From Paramecium tetraurelia (taxonomy: Eukaryota), in NCBI GenBank assembly GCA_000165425.1, contig CT868363.1, positions 62,001 to 126,000 of the forward strand: a stretch of 64,000 bases of DNA. Reading direction: 5' to 3'. Positions within the stretch are counted from its first letter, which is position 1, and every line of letters begins with the position of its first letter. Positions 26,472-39,894 of this stretch are shown one piece after another. The notes below the pieces were generated by a model. The model did not search any database. It saw nothing but the letters and a program-made list of their open reading frames with translations, and had not been told where the DNA came from. The translations under genes and the position numbers were made by a program.

Positions 26472-27613
26472 TCAAAAATACGCTTTAACTTTATTAAGTT
26501 TTTATCTATCCCTCTTCTTTTCTTGATCTATATCATGATATTTACTAAAAGTTCGTACTTTTTCATTATATGCATCATCTCTCATCTAATTTATATCTTC
26601 AAGAATAGAGCTCTTATCATTCAATTGGTTTTTGAATTTATAGTTCAACATATATTAGTCTATTTAATCATCCATTTGTTAAATTACATCCAAGACCTTT
26701 AAAAAATACTTTTAATAATAATATTGTTATTTACTGTATAGGTTTTTTCAAGAATGTTCAACTTATGGTTCTATCTTTCCTCATATACAGTGTTACATTC
26801 CTTTATGACCTTTTAGGTAATGTTTTATTTGAGGACTTGAATTGTTTTCAAAGTTTGTTCATAAGATTCTACTCCCAACTTAGTGCATGATTATTTAAAT
26901 GATTTTGCTATGTGACTAATTTAATTAATTACTTACACTTTTTCTTCCAAGAGATTCAAAATCTGTTCATTCAACTACCCTTTATGTTTCATGATCTATT
27001 GGTTGAGTTTTAAGTAATCCTAATATTTTTGCACTTTCATTCTATGAGTCTATATGATTGGAGAGGAGGGCAACATTGTTTTATTAAATTATTATGCCTA
27101 TCTTTTAGGTGAGTATTGAGTGAAGTTTCTTTATGTTAGGGGACTTTGTGCTTCACTGTTATGGTACATGGATTTGTTGTTTAATTTACTTCTCCTCTTT
27201 TTATGCAAAAAGAAGATATTCTTGTAATAATCATCATTGTTTTATTGTTGTTAATTGCTTTCATGTTTCAATTTGGAAATCTACTAATCAAATAACAAGT
27301 TTACAATAATTTCTTCCTCCATTTTAGCTTTCATTTATTTCATTCTTAACTTCAAAGTTAAAGGTCTACATGTTTGAGTAGCTTTTGCTGTAATCAAATT
27401 AATATAATCTTTATCATTAATCTCAAAATTTATTTTGCCATTCAACACGTTAAAGTACTCTTTATCTATTTTGTCTTTCATTTATTTCCTCTTTAATTTT
27501 AAATTTAGAGATCTAACTGTTTGGTTGGCTTTGGAAATCAGGTCCACAATGTAATTTTGGTTCATTTTCATATTATTTTTAACATTCAACTAATCAGAGT
27601 AATCTTTATCCAT
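26472..27613 (-). CDS. Hypothetical protein
   Basis: Open frame MDKDYSDQLNVKKQYENEPK... under the ciliate code with small introns, ending KVKAYF-TGA. Confidence 0.6.
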
Positions 27614-27684
27614 TTTTTATTATAAACAATTATTTTTTACATTTAATTTAGAAAAAACAAACATCATTATAAAATACTATCACA

Positions 27685-30600
27685 TCAATCTAATAAATTT
27701 TCCTCGTTAACTATACTCCTAAAGTTTCTATAGAAGGAATCATCAAAAATTAATGTGTGGCGAGGAAACAAATACACACTCTACTTTAAATATAAGAATT
27801 GCTGATAATTATATTTATCGATCTTCGCAAAATAGAAAATAGCCAATACGATCTCAAAGGTCAGATAAAATATGCATAATAACTAAAATAATTGATTATC
27901 TATATTACTTATTAATTTAAGATTAAATTTTACGCTGAATCCACTAAATTGTTATAAAATTACTCTTTCATAATCTCAATTATGTTTGTCAAAATCGTTG
28001 ATCCCTCTAGCTCCAATAGCGTTGAAGTAGGTTGAACAGTAAAATTTAAAGTATCTGATTATTGAACTCGAACAGAATTCAATATGTAAATTAATGATTA
28101 TTAAAATCCAAGAACCAAATTACCTTACATCACTTAAGGGCAAAATGATTCGGTTTACTATTTTAATTCGTCACTCTAAAACTCACATAAATTGCCGGTG
28201 TTTAAAGTTGTGAAAAAGTCAATTAAATATTCATCAAACAAATAATCAGTGCTACTTAAATTTAGATTTTATTATTGATATCTACTAATTGAATTCAAAG
28301 CATTAAAAATAACAGCATAAGTTTAATTCAAATCAGTTGAGTTGAGAAAAGGATATCTCAGTGTTACTCGAAATAATATTTCTTTTTGAGCATAAACAGC
28401 TGGTATATCAACACCCAAATCAGATAATTATTAATAAAATGCTGCTGTTTTTTCATATTTTAAGAAATATATCCTGAAAGTCCAAAATAAATATATGCTA
28501 AATGCTGTAAACAGTAAGAAGTGACCAATACTAAGAGCAAGTCCTAGAATAGGCTTATTATTAGTAAGTTTTGTATTTGATTTTTTTGAGAAGAATTATT
28601 TTTATTTAATGTTGGACTTTTCTAATTAATTATCAACTTAATCGATGTCTATAACAAATGCTTTAATAACATCCATATCTTAAACTACTATTTATTATAA
28701 ATAAGATAATCTTAATTTTTCTTACTCTATAATATTTAAATCAATTGAAGATATGTATTTCATTATAGCACTTTTTTCATTACTATGTCTAATTTATTGT
28801 AAAATTATTAATAAAGTTATCAAAAAGTTCAAACCCCAGAATGGAAAATACCCAAACATCCACTTTTTCTTTTCTTAATTTGATCTCTCAAGTGTAATGT
28901 CTAAAATAACCACATTCAAGTGATCAAACATAGACTTTACAATTTGATAATCCTTATATGTAAAATAATAATATGGATTATCAAAGCCTCCTCCTTGTCC
29001 ATCTAAATGCAATTTGAAATCATATTAATAATTCAAAGTTATTATTATAATTGATCGTTTGCTGATATTATATTCCTGTCCTGTATTATTTGTATTCACA
29101 TATAACATAATTGGCATATATGTAATATTTGAAATCTAATCAATTTCACTCCTTAGAAGTACATCTCCCATGCTCTTTTTCATTTTATCAAAAGACTGCA
29201 TTAAGTAATTTTTGGGAAAAATTTATAACTAGGCAGCATAGGTAGCATTAATCGCCTTCCTAGCCAACATTTCTTTATAGTTAATCTAAGTAAATCTTGA
29301 TACTGAGAAGGACTCTAAAGGTCCTGTTACATCATATCTTACCGAAAGCAATTTAATGTCCTAGATAAAACCCCGGATATTGGATATCAAAGATAGGTTC
29401 TATTTTAATTATAAATACTTACAATTATTATGTAAATTTAAATTAAAACCACAAAGAGAATAAAGTTTATGTTGGCTTTCATTAATTTGGAGGAACTTTT
29501 TAAGGACTTACAAAGGGAATAAATGATTTCGAATTTTTTGTAAAATTTGGATTTTTTAATCATTGTAATTGAAGATCCTGAAGCAAAATCCCTGGTTTCA
29601 TTTTAAAATGTAAACTGTTTTTTAGTTATGAATTCCTCGTTCATAGATTCTTTAGGACTGAATAATTTTTAGTTCATCTTATATTGTTAATGAATAGGAT
29701 TGGTTTGTTCCTATTCAACCATTAAATCAGTAATATAAAGCTTAGACTCCACATGTTATGACTCACTTTAATTTAGTGGATTTCCTTTCTTTATCAAAGA
29801 GATATCGAAAATTTCTTAATAAGGGAAAGCTTTTTCGATATCTTCGTCTATATCCTCTTTCATTCTCTCTAATTTGTGAATCATCAATAAGTCATTCGTT
29901 TGTTACTTTTAGAATATACTAGTATCTAATTTGGAATCTGTGTTTCTATTATTGTTAGATCTAATGTTGTCTAAAGTAATCATATAACACAAGTTTTCAC
30001 CTGTAAACCTTTTCTCAATATTGATATTACTGAAATAGTCTAAGAATCTTTGGCTAGCTTATTTGCCATTGCTACTTAACAGGCGAATATTGTGGTTAAA
30101 GAAATTCTTGACATTTGATTAGATCAATAAATCAAATTCAGGAATGATGTTGAAAATAGTTCCAAGATTTTTGGTTGAAATGAAACTTGTAGAATATTAA
30201 TTATTTCCTAAAATTTAATTACTGATGTTTTCACTGCAATTAATAATATCGAAGGATTAATTTACAACCAAATACGATCTATAATCCATTTATTCATAAA
30301 AAAATATAAGGAATGAAAACGTTTGAGAACTACTTTGATTTAGACCAACCATCATCTCAATCGGCAACATAATTTTATCAAACAACTTAAGAAATGCGAG
30401 GTTCTATTACTGGTAATATTTATTGGTTCCTTCATCAAAAAATTACTCAATAAGTGTTCTGTGTTATCTCTAAACATACTCAGGTATAAAGTCATTAACA
30501 CTAATATCGAGAGAATTCTTCCATTTAGATCCATAAATTGATTAAAATTTCTTCATGGCCTTTTTAGATTGCCTTACAATAATCACATCAAGATCTTTAT

Positions 30601-32377
30601 TGATTTCAGCAACTATATAAGAAGGATTCTATCCAAATAATTTATTATAGACAGAGTCATGAAATAGTTAATATTTCTCATCATTTAATGCTTTGTTTTT
30701 ATTTAAATCAAAAGCTTCTATGTAGTCATTTAAAACTTCTAATAAGTAAAACTTTAAAACATTTTGATTGCTAGAAGCTATATAAATATTTAAATAGATA
30801 CTTGGAAATTTTTGATATCTCTCAGTCAATTCTATTCGAAATTATTATAATTACCTTATTATTTTTATTGGGTAATTTATATCTCCTTGAAATTTATTTG
30901 AATGCTCAATAAAATAGTAGTAAAATTGGCTCTTATCTAATATAGTCTTTTTTAACTTCATCTGTATGTATTGATCGCTGTTTTCATTAATGGAAAACTA
31001 TTTTAAAGAATCTGCAATTAATTTGTTATTTGGATTGGTTAGAATCATTCTTTCCATCATTTGGATAAGTACATCATTCTCAATTTAATATTTTAGAAAG
31101 TCTAATAGGCAATGAGTAGTCAAGGAGAGATTATATGAGTTATATTTGTTTTAATAATTTTCCTTAGAATAGGCCACTCTAAAGATGACTTATTATGCCT
31201 TTACAAATTGTCTTCTCCTAAACAATATCTAAGATAAATCTAGTGTTAGCTGCTCTATCTTTTTAGTTCTTTATTCCAAAAGCATATCTAACTTCATCTC
31301 TATGAGTTATAGGATTTTTTATTTAATATTCATCTCTTTCTTACAAATGCATTCGCATTTTTAGCAATTTTGTTGGTGTTCACAAATTATAAGAGTCATC
31401 TTCAACATGTTCATATTATGATTCCCATCTAAGCTCTCAACATATGAAAAAAGGTACTTCAATCTTCTCAAATCCATAGTTTATAATGATAAGCATTATG
31501 CTTTATGCATTAAATGTAATAAGCATATTAATATGAGAGATAACAATAGCCATAAGTTGTCTTTTATTCTATTCTAGACAATTAAAGATTCTATTGGTAT
31601 TATAATCCCAAAAGATGCAATGATTAGGGATGTTAAAACGCATTTTGTTTTTGCATATATTTTTAATTCTAAAATTTAATAAATATGCAGCGTTTGTATT
31701 GTAATGATCAAAATATTTTGTAATATTAGACCCAATTTCGAGTTAGTTAAGAAAAAAAATATCATTATTTGAAATATTCTTAATGGTTTTATGAAATATT
31801 TTACTTAATTGTTATTTAATGGTAATTATGTTGTCACTCTTAATATCAATCCACTTTAAAATACAATATCAGAAAATATTATGATAAATGCGATCTCCAA
31901 GATCATTATAATCTCCAGAATGATTCCATATATTTCCGTGATATTCATCATACATATTTCTATCAGCCAGCAAAAAAATGTTGATGAAACCAAATAATAA
32001 TAATTACAAATGTAACGGAGAATTACATTAGAGGTGTGCATTTCATGATACTATTGCCTTTTTGACTATATAATTAAGTATATTGTCATGAGTATTATTA
32101 TCTATTGAATGGTAAAGCATATACTGAAAACAATTACTTTTGATTGTTCATTAACTATAAACAAGTATGGCCGCGTTAAAATAAGTAGTGATTAAAGTGT
32201 TGGTTCAAATTATTTTTCTGGGTTATATATATGATAAAAGTTAAAGGAAATTGGTTACACCTAATTTACAATTATGAGGAGGATTTATATAATCTAAGGT
32301 TAAGTAAATTCAAATTTTAAAAACTATGAGAGTAAGAAAATCAATTCCTTGTAATATGGTTCAAATAATTTAAGCAT
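27685..32377 (-). CDS. Large membrane protein with PAS domain (ciliate TmcB/TmcC-like family)
   Basis: N-terminal TM cluster, helical region, PAS-like SVNDFIPEYVQRQHRTLIEQFFDEG, further TM pairs and C-terminal VYLFPRHTLIFDD. Confidence 0.75.
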
Positions 32378-33506
32378 TATGCTAATTTTATATATATATT
32401 TATTTAGATATTATAAATCTAACTTTTATCAAAGTATAACAATTCTCAAGGCTTTACAATTTAAAATCAAGTATATAAATTACATTTAACAATGACGAAT
32501 ATAAATCTTTGTTCAAAATGAAAATTTACCATAATTTATCTTCAATCTATTCATATCAATAAATTAGATTATTCAATATCTACAAAAGTTTTAGATAGAA
32601 AATAAATTATAGTTAATACAGTCACATGATTGTTTTGAAGGCTTATGACAAAATTGGAAAGGATTCTTTTTTATTAAATCAAATAAGTATTTATATATAT
32701 ATTAATAACAAACTTAAAATATGTAAAAATGGAGGCAATTCTCATAATATCAACAAATTTTATAAGAAATTCACATCAATATTTTCTTATGCCTAATTAA
32801 TCCTTCAATATTCTTAACTTTTAATATTTTTTAAGTTTGTTCTGAATTCTTTTGTATAAATTGTTGATAACTTTTTTAACTTAAAATTGTAGAAAAAATT
32901 TCTTAGAATGAAATACTGTTAGAAAGCATTTTTAATAAATAGAAAACTCAGAAAAGAATAAATAAAATATATTGTAATTTCTAGGATGAGGATATATGAT
33001 CTTATAAGATAATCAAATACAATAATGCGAATCATAATACTTAAAAAATTCTAATTTTGTATTTACTAGTTCAAATATCAAAATATTTAGAAATAATATT
33101 TTCTTCAACTTATTATATGCATCAACTGAAATTTGTGTTTATTTAACAATTAGATATTCATATCTCGATTATGAATTATTACAGTTTGATTTAACTGCAT
33201 TATTTAATATCATTCCAATTATTAATTTACTTACAGTTATTATTTATTTGATAGTCATTGTATAGTTGATAAAGAATGCTTATTTGCAAGTAATTTGATC
33301 GATAGAACATTAATTAATCTCAAAATTCAAATTTAAGGAATTAATAATTATATTTATACTATTGCCACTCCAATTGCCTATTCTAAGAATAATGTCAAAG
33401 AAACCATATATAAATAAAAGTATGATTATATAAACTACTTTTTAGTAAGATCTAATGATCTATATAATTTTATTGAAATAAAGTGATAATATAATATTAA
33501 ATTTAT

Positions 33507-34927
33507 ATGAATCAAAAGGAAGGATAATCGATATCATTGCAAAAATTCCATCGCAAAAGTGCTTAATCTACTACAGATGATTCCTAAATGATTCTTCCTG
33601 AATTAAAAGGCAGATGTCTTAAAAGTGCTACAACGAAGCTTCTTAATAATAAATCCTTGTAGACTCCCTTAAAATACTACATAAACGAAAGTTTATAGTA
33701 AAGAGTAAGTGTTATACAATTATTAGAAAAGAAGTGAAAATCATTCTGAATACACCTTAATTGAAACTTACTTAGAAGCTTTATAACGATGTGCTTAAGA
33801 GGAGAAGAAGAAAAAATAAATCCAAACCCTACAAATAAATAGTTTTCCTATTTTACCTGGCTAAGTCATTAGGGAAAGAATAAAAAAATATGCAGAAATT
33901 TAATAAAGAGAAGTAACAAGTATACAGTGATATAATTTAAGAGTACTTTGTAAGAAGAGAATAACCAGCAAAAAAGCCAGTTTCTACCGCTTTAAGTACG
34001 ATTAGTTAAAAGAGCATAGTCAATTAAAGTAGTAAAATAGATGCCACATCAATTTCAATAACATGCGGTTCTAAATTAAAACACAAGGTTAGTTCTAAGA
34101 AATGGGCTATTTTCAAAAGGAATAAAGGGGAAACCAAGTTTTAAAAAATATATGCATTCTAAGATCAATAAAAAAGTGAAGTGGCATCGATTACTAAAGT
34201 GATGACTTGCTACACAACTTTAAAATTCTTGGAAGAAAAGAGAATTGATATGGAAGCAATAAGAATAAAAATCCCTGGACATGCAGAATGCATAGATGGT
34301 ACTAGTGCCTTTTTAAATGCAGGAGGAATAATGAATATCAAGTAGTTATTATTTGCAATGATGTTACCATCAGGGAATGACGCAGCATTAGTATTAAGTT
34401 ATGCAATCGCATTTTTAAAAACTTGTGATAATATTCAAAGGTATTTTAATGGACATTTTATTGATTGCGAATTGGAAATAGAAAAAAATAAGTTTCAATT
34501 AAGAACTTAATTTCTATAGATGATGAATAATCATGCTGAGAATTTGAAAATGGATAAAACTAACTATAATTCAGTTCATGGATTAAATGATGCTCTTAAT
34601 GTCTCATGTGCATTAGATATTTTTAAATTAGTCGAAGATTGCATTAAAATCAAAGAGTTTATGGAAATTGTCAATACAAGATGTTTTAAAACTTATGCAA
34701 TGACTGAATAAGGAAAATAAGGAACTTATTATAAATGGAAAAACACAAATAAGCTCTTGAAAAAAGAAGGATGGCAAGGCATTAAAACAGGAATTACTTC
34801 AAATGCTGGTCCGTGTTTTAGTGGATATTATAAAACAGATGATTTTGATGCAATTGTGATAGTCTTACAAAGTTCAAATATGCTTTAAAGATTTAAAGAT
34901 GCTGAAATTCTAATAAAGTTATTGTGA
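33507..34927 (+). CDS. D-alanyl-D-alanine carboxypeptidase family (peptidase S11) protein with N-terminal extension
   Basis: SxxK (VASITKVMT), SxN (MLPSGNDAA), NSVHGL and KTG (GIKTGITSNAGPC) motifs all intact. Confidence 0.9.
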
Positions 34928-34938
34928 AACATTTTAAT

Positions 34939-35815
34939 TCAAAATTTTGGATGTGGAATCCTTACATTAACCCCAATCTTTACAAAATCATTTTTGTACA
35001 TAGCTAATTTAGCTTCTCTCATTCCTTTACCAAAACTGAAGGCTGGTTTATTTGGTTTATTAGATACCACTTGAGCTCCAACACTTTCTCTAAAATCATA
35101 GAATACATTTATACTGCACATAATAAGTCTAATTTTTATCAATATTCTTTTATTGTGGTATTTTTGGAGCTTTAGTAAATGAGTATTTTGGTGGTTCTTG
35201 CAATTCTGTTGAGAAATCCTTTTTTGGTTTGTAACTTCCAGGTCCAAGTGTAGTAGGAGTTGAAAATGAAACAGAATGAGTTCTTCTATTACCCATAGTA
35301 TATTTTGGGCCTTGAGCTCTTTCTGTTAAATCATAATTGGGACCTGGAGTCTTCGTAAGTTCTTTCTATAAGAATCGTTGTTCCTATCCAAATCTGACTG
35401 TTCCTGCAGACCATTTTCTAAGATGATCTGCTTTTTAAGGTTCAAACTTAAATTATCAATTAAAATACATCGATGTCTTTTCTTTTGTAATGATCATAAT
35501 GGTTTGTGTTGAGGCTCTATCTCGTTGATGTGCCCAATCTTGCACTTGGAGCTCTGGCAGCTTATTAAGAGAAGTTTTTGATTGGATTATAGATTGGGCC
35601 TGGACTATGTTTGCCTTTTTCCATTAATTTGTTTTCTTTGTATACTTGTGATGCCTAATATCTTGTCGAAGTTCCGAAACCAAAGGCAGGAACATTTGGA
35701 ACAGTTGACAATAACTCTAAATTCAAATTACGATTATACTCTTTCCAAATGAAGAATTTCTATTGTGATTTTCAAACTCAATCAAGTCATTGGGACTATG
35801 TGATGCTTTGCTCAT
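34939..35815 (-). CDS. SHIPPO/ODF3-like PGP-repeat ciliary protein
   Basis: Repeats PAFGFG..R, SPGPIY, TPGPNY, PKYTMG.R, GPGSY, PKYSF, PAFSFGK. Confidence 0.8.
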
Positions 35816-35911
35816 AAATATTAATTTAAAAATCAAATTATTTATTGCTTCTTATTAATGTAACAACGTTGCATAATATTAAGAACTCGGAATTATTAAA
35901 TGAATTTTATA

Positions 35912-36843
35912 ATGAACAAAAGAACATAGAAAGCCTCTAAAAGTTTCATAAAAACTCTAAAATCTATTCTTGAAGTATTATCACCGATAATGTATTCTTT
36001 AGAATGATGAGTATTCCTCCATTATTTAATGTACTCCTGAAAACGATGGCTTCATTATCTTGGATTAAAAGTCTTTAGAAAATATTATATTGCCTCAGCA
36101 TTATAAAATTAAGAGTTTCGATAGCTTTCGAAGGTACTCATGATTATTCCATTAGATCTCTAAACATATATGGGTTCCAAGTCAAGAAGCGCAAGGATGG
36201 CAAGAAGCTCTATTACAATAAGAATAACAATTTCAGTAATGAAACTACCATCAAAAGAGCCCCTTAAAAACTAACCCAAGAAAATCTTGACCTCTTGGAT
36301 TAGACAAACTTGTAACTCTATTTTTAACTCATGGAACTAAAATAATAATAGGAGTCTTTATTTTAATAAACTTAAAAGGTAATCTAATTACAACAATTAA
36401 TTTCGAATTAAATGAAAAATTTGCTGATAGTATTAGTATAAATTTAATACCAAGCGCTATTCAAAAGGAGCAATTTATGAAATGGCTCTTGTTTAGAAAT
36501 TCCCTAAATTCTTTTTAATGTTCTTTCAATCCCTATAGAACCAAACATATAGTATTTTAAATCTTTAAAATTAGAGAAACACATAACAAAATCAATTTAA
36601 TTGGTCACTAAATAATTTCACACAGCCCAGAATCCTGAGATCAAATTACCAAACACTAATAATGTTTGTTAATTGCTAAGTAAACACCTGCAATAGTTTA
36701 AATTCAATTTATCATTCAATATCTAGCTACTCTTTAATAATTTAGATCAACCAGAAGAAATTGAGCAATCAATACATGAAAATGAAAGCAATTTTAGTAA
36801 CTATTTTTGTTTAAACTAAAAATAAAATAACTCCTAGATTTGA
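35912..36843 (+). CDS. HSF-type DNA-binding domain transcription factor
   Basis: FIKTLKSILE..SIIQCTPENDGFIILD..ILPQHYKIKSFDSFRRSLNIYGF followed by a coiled coil. Confidence 0.8.
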
Positions 36844-36907
36844 AACAATAATATATTTATCTATATTTAATTAAAATTATCAACTAACTTAAATAGATAT
36901 GTAATAG

Positions 36908-37804
36908 TCAATGTTGTTTTTTTAATTATTATTTGATCTCTTATATTTAATTCCTTAGTTCCCTATTTTGATTAATTACATCTTGTAGGTTTTAATCTTC
37001 TTTCAATTTAATTTCATACTCCTTTAGCATCTCCAATTCTAACTCATATTTCTTTTTCTCCAAAAGTGCTTAATCTGCCTATTTTTTCAAAATATTTAGT
37101 TTATCATTTAATCTTGCTTTTGATTTTTCATACCATTAAAGGAAGGTCTATTAAAATGTATTGAGCATAATTTCTGAATTTTCAATTGACATCTATTGGC
37201 AATCTGCATCATATAATAAAACATATTTAATATAATTGTTTAAGCTTTAAATCAGACTTAAGGTTGCTGAATATGTTTCTTATTAATAATATTTCATCGC
37301 TTCCAACCCATGATGTACATCATTTTTATATATTTGATAATTCTAAAGATCTTCTATCAATAATGATAGCACTGTTTTAAGATTATTTTCTATAAATTCA
37401 TTATCAATTGTTAACTCTTTTGATTGTTATTCCAGGTATTCTGGAATAAAATGCTTTGCTATTTGATTCAATTTTAAGAAAGCTTAATTGATAGTTACAT
37501 CATCTGACCCCATAAATTTTGTGTCTAGCTTAAATTGATTAAGGAATGAATCTGAATAATTGCATAATTTCAGCCATTGTTCTTTCTTATTTTCTAAAAG
37601 GACTCTTCGATAGGCCTTTATGATTATTTCTCGTTAACTGGGTTAAATTTGCTTATTCAAAATAAATTCGAGTAATTCTTTTAATATTAGTTTTTGCTTT
37701 TATTTTTTATCTTGTTATTGATTGATAACATTGTCTTTTAATTCATAATAATGACCTCTATCGATGACTTCTGCATCTATTGGAAATAGAACAGGTTTTA
37801 GCAT
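36908..37804 (-). CDS. Hypothetical protein with C-terminal coiled coil
   Basis: Open frame MLKPVLFPIDAEVIDRGHYYE...IKQQLKKQH-TGA. Confidence 0.6.
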
Positions 37805-37858
37805 AGTCTTTTTTGAATTTAAATTATAATAGTTAAAATAGAAACTTATTAATTAAAA

Positions 37859-39793
37859 TCAAACTTTTTTAGGGATCAACTTATGAGAATATCTAGGCTT
37901 TGTAAATTAACTATAAAGCACGCATTAATTAGTCAAAATGGAGTATCTACATAAATGTATATAAATGACATACCTCCAAATATTTGAACTAGGAATATTT
38001 TCTTAAGTCTTTCCTCCAACTAAATATATAAATTGATAGTCATCACTAACGATTGCATCGGATTTAACAGTAGGACATATTAATTCTCCCATTTAATAAA
38101 ATTATTAATCGGTTTCATCGTATTTCTCAATTTATTTGATATATTTTTTGCCAGACCTTCCTCCGAAAATCCAAATGCCATCTGGAAGTGTCAAAGAAAT
38201 ATGGCTTCTTCTAGGATAATTAGGAGATTTGATTCTTTTCCATAGATTAGTTGCCATATCATATTTGAAACAACCTTACTCGTCAAACAAATACATAGAG
38301 TTTGGCTCATTACCTTGTACCAAGGTATGATTATAACACTTAATTGGAATAGATTACAAATTTTTAGTCTAATATGTATCTAAATTGATGAGTTGAAATA
38401 TGTCTTAGATTCCTTAATCTGTTTTGCCTCCTGAAATATATAGTTTATTTCCTATTTATTTTGATGCCAACCCACTAACCCCTTTAGTAAGTATAAGTTA
38501 AGAGATTTTAGATTATTTTAGATTTGGATCGTATGACTCACATAAGGCAGTTCTAATTCCTTCCTATTTCCCTCCTATCAATAGAATTTGATTTCCATGA
38601 TAGGCAATTTAAAATCCATAACGATTTGAGACCAAGAAGTCATGCTAAGTAGATTGCTTTGATTATATGTCAACTAATTCAATAAGATTTTATCTTTGAC
38701 CCTTCAGCAATCCCCCTATAATATAAAATTATGTTTGATTTTAGATTGGAATCTCCATCTATGAAATGGAATGTTCACTTAAGGATTACTTGTTACTAAA
38801 GAAATCATTGATAATTGATTATTCGGGAGAGGCTTTGTCTAAAATAGAACTTAAATCCGTTGGGATATCCAGAGTTATTTATTTGACTTCTGTTTTTCTC
38901 ATTTGCTACTTTGATGATTGCAAACTAAAATGAGGAGAACTATGTTAAGTAAACCCTTTTTTAGAGAATGGACTTGCTCTTGTGGTGTTAGGTTATTAGA
39001 ATAGTTTGGATGATACACGTTTGATTCTATAATCGGAGTCTCTTTCCAAAGTACACAAGATGTTAGAGATTGATTTAACGATATCGGAGGCATTTCTAAT
39101 TTACAATTGCTGATATTGAATTTTAGGGGCTTGGGATAAATTCTCATATTCGTTTTCAAGTTCTTTGATTGTCTTACAATTGATAGTGTAATATTCTCGA
39201 AACTTTTTTAACTGCTCATATCCAGAGGTATTTTATTAGTTGACGATGTTCTTTTCTAATTAGATTCCTCTTCCCTTATATTCATCAATGACACACTTTT
39301 ATAATAATTATTAAAGGGTACTTTCGAATCCTGTAAAGTCTATTAATGCTTCATTTTATGAACTTCAACTTATTCAATGAGTTCTTAAAATTTCATTTAA
39401 ACAATTTCAATAATTTAGGAGCACACTGAATTCAACGATTAAATTTAGACTTAAGACATTTTATGTATCTGAGTATTTTCTTTTTGAATTTGATCATCAA
39501 GATTATTGTAGTTTTTAATGATTTTTTGAACTTTTTACAATTGCTATTTATTTTACAAACTTATGTTATTCAAAGCCTAACTTCTAGAAATGATCATACT
39601 TTTTCAATTGAAATGATGTTTTATACTTTCAAGCTACATTTGATCAAACATTCCTAGCAGAGCAATTATTAAGTAGTTGTACAATAATCTAACTATTAAA
39701 CAAAAATAGTTTACTTGTGTAGATAAGCAAATGTTTAGGACAATTAAATTGATCGATTTCATCGCCAGAAAAGCATTCTTCCTCTGTGTCCAT
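37859..39793 (-). CDS. B-box zinc finger / coiled-coil / Kelch-repeat protein
   Basis: CPKH..YCTTTQQLLCQEC B-box, heptad region, Kelch repeats (ILLIGGK, LYISGGK, IYQLEE/IFGGM). Confidence 0.78.
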
Positions 39794-39894
39794 CTTGAAT
39801 GCAAATTATTATTTTATATAATAACAATATACTTCAAAATTAAACAAAAAAATAAATGTATGATGATGATTTAAAATTAATATAAAAGTTGAGA

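Noticed and set aside
35859..35873. GTAACAACGTTGC quasi-palindrome upstream of the SHIPPO-repeat gene, resembling an RFX X-box
   Set aside because: Half-sites are in the wrong orientation for an X-box, and only one instance was seen.
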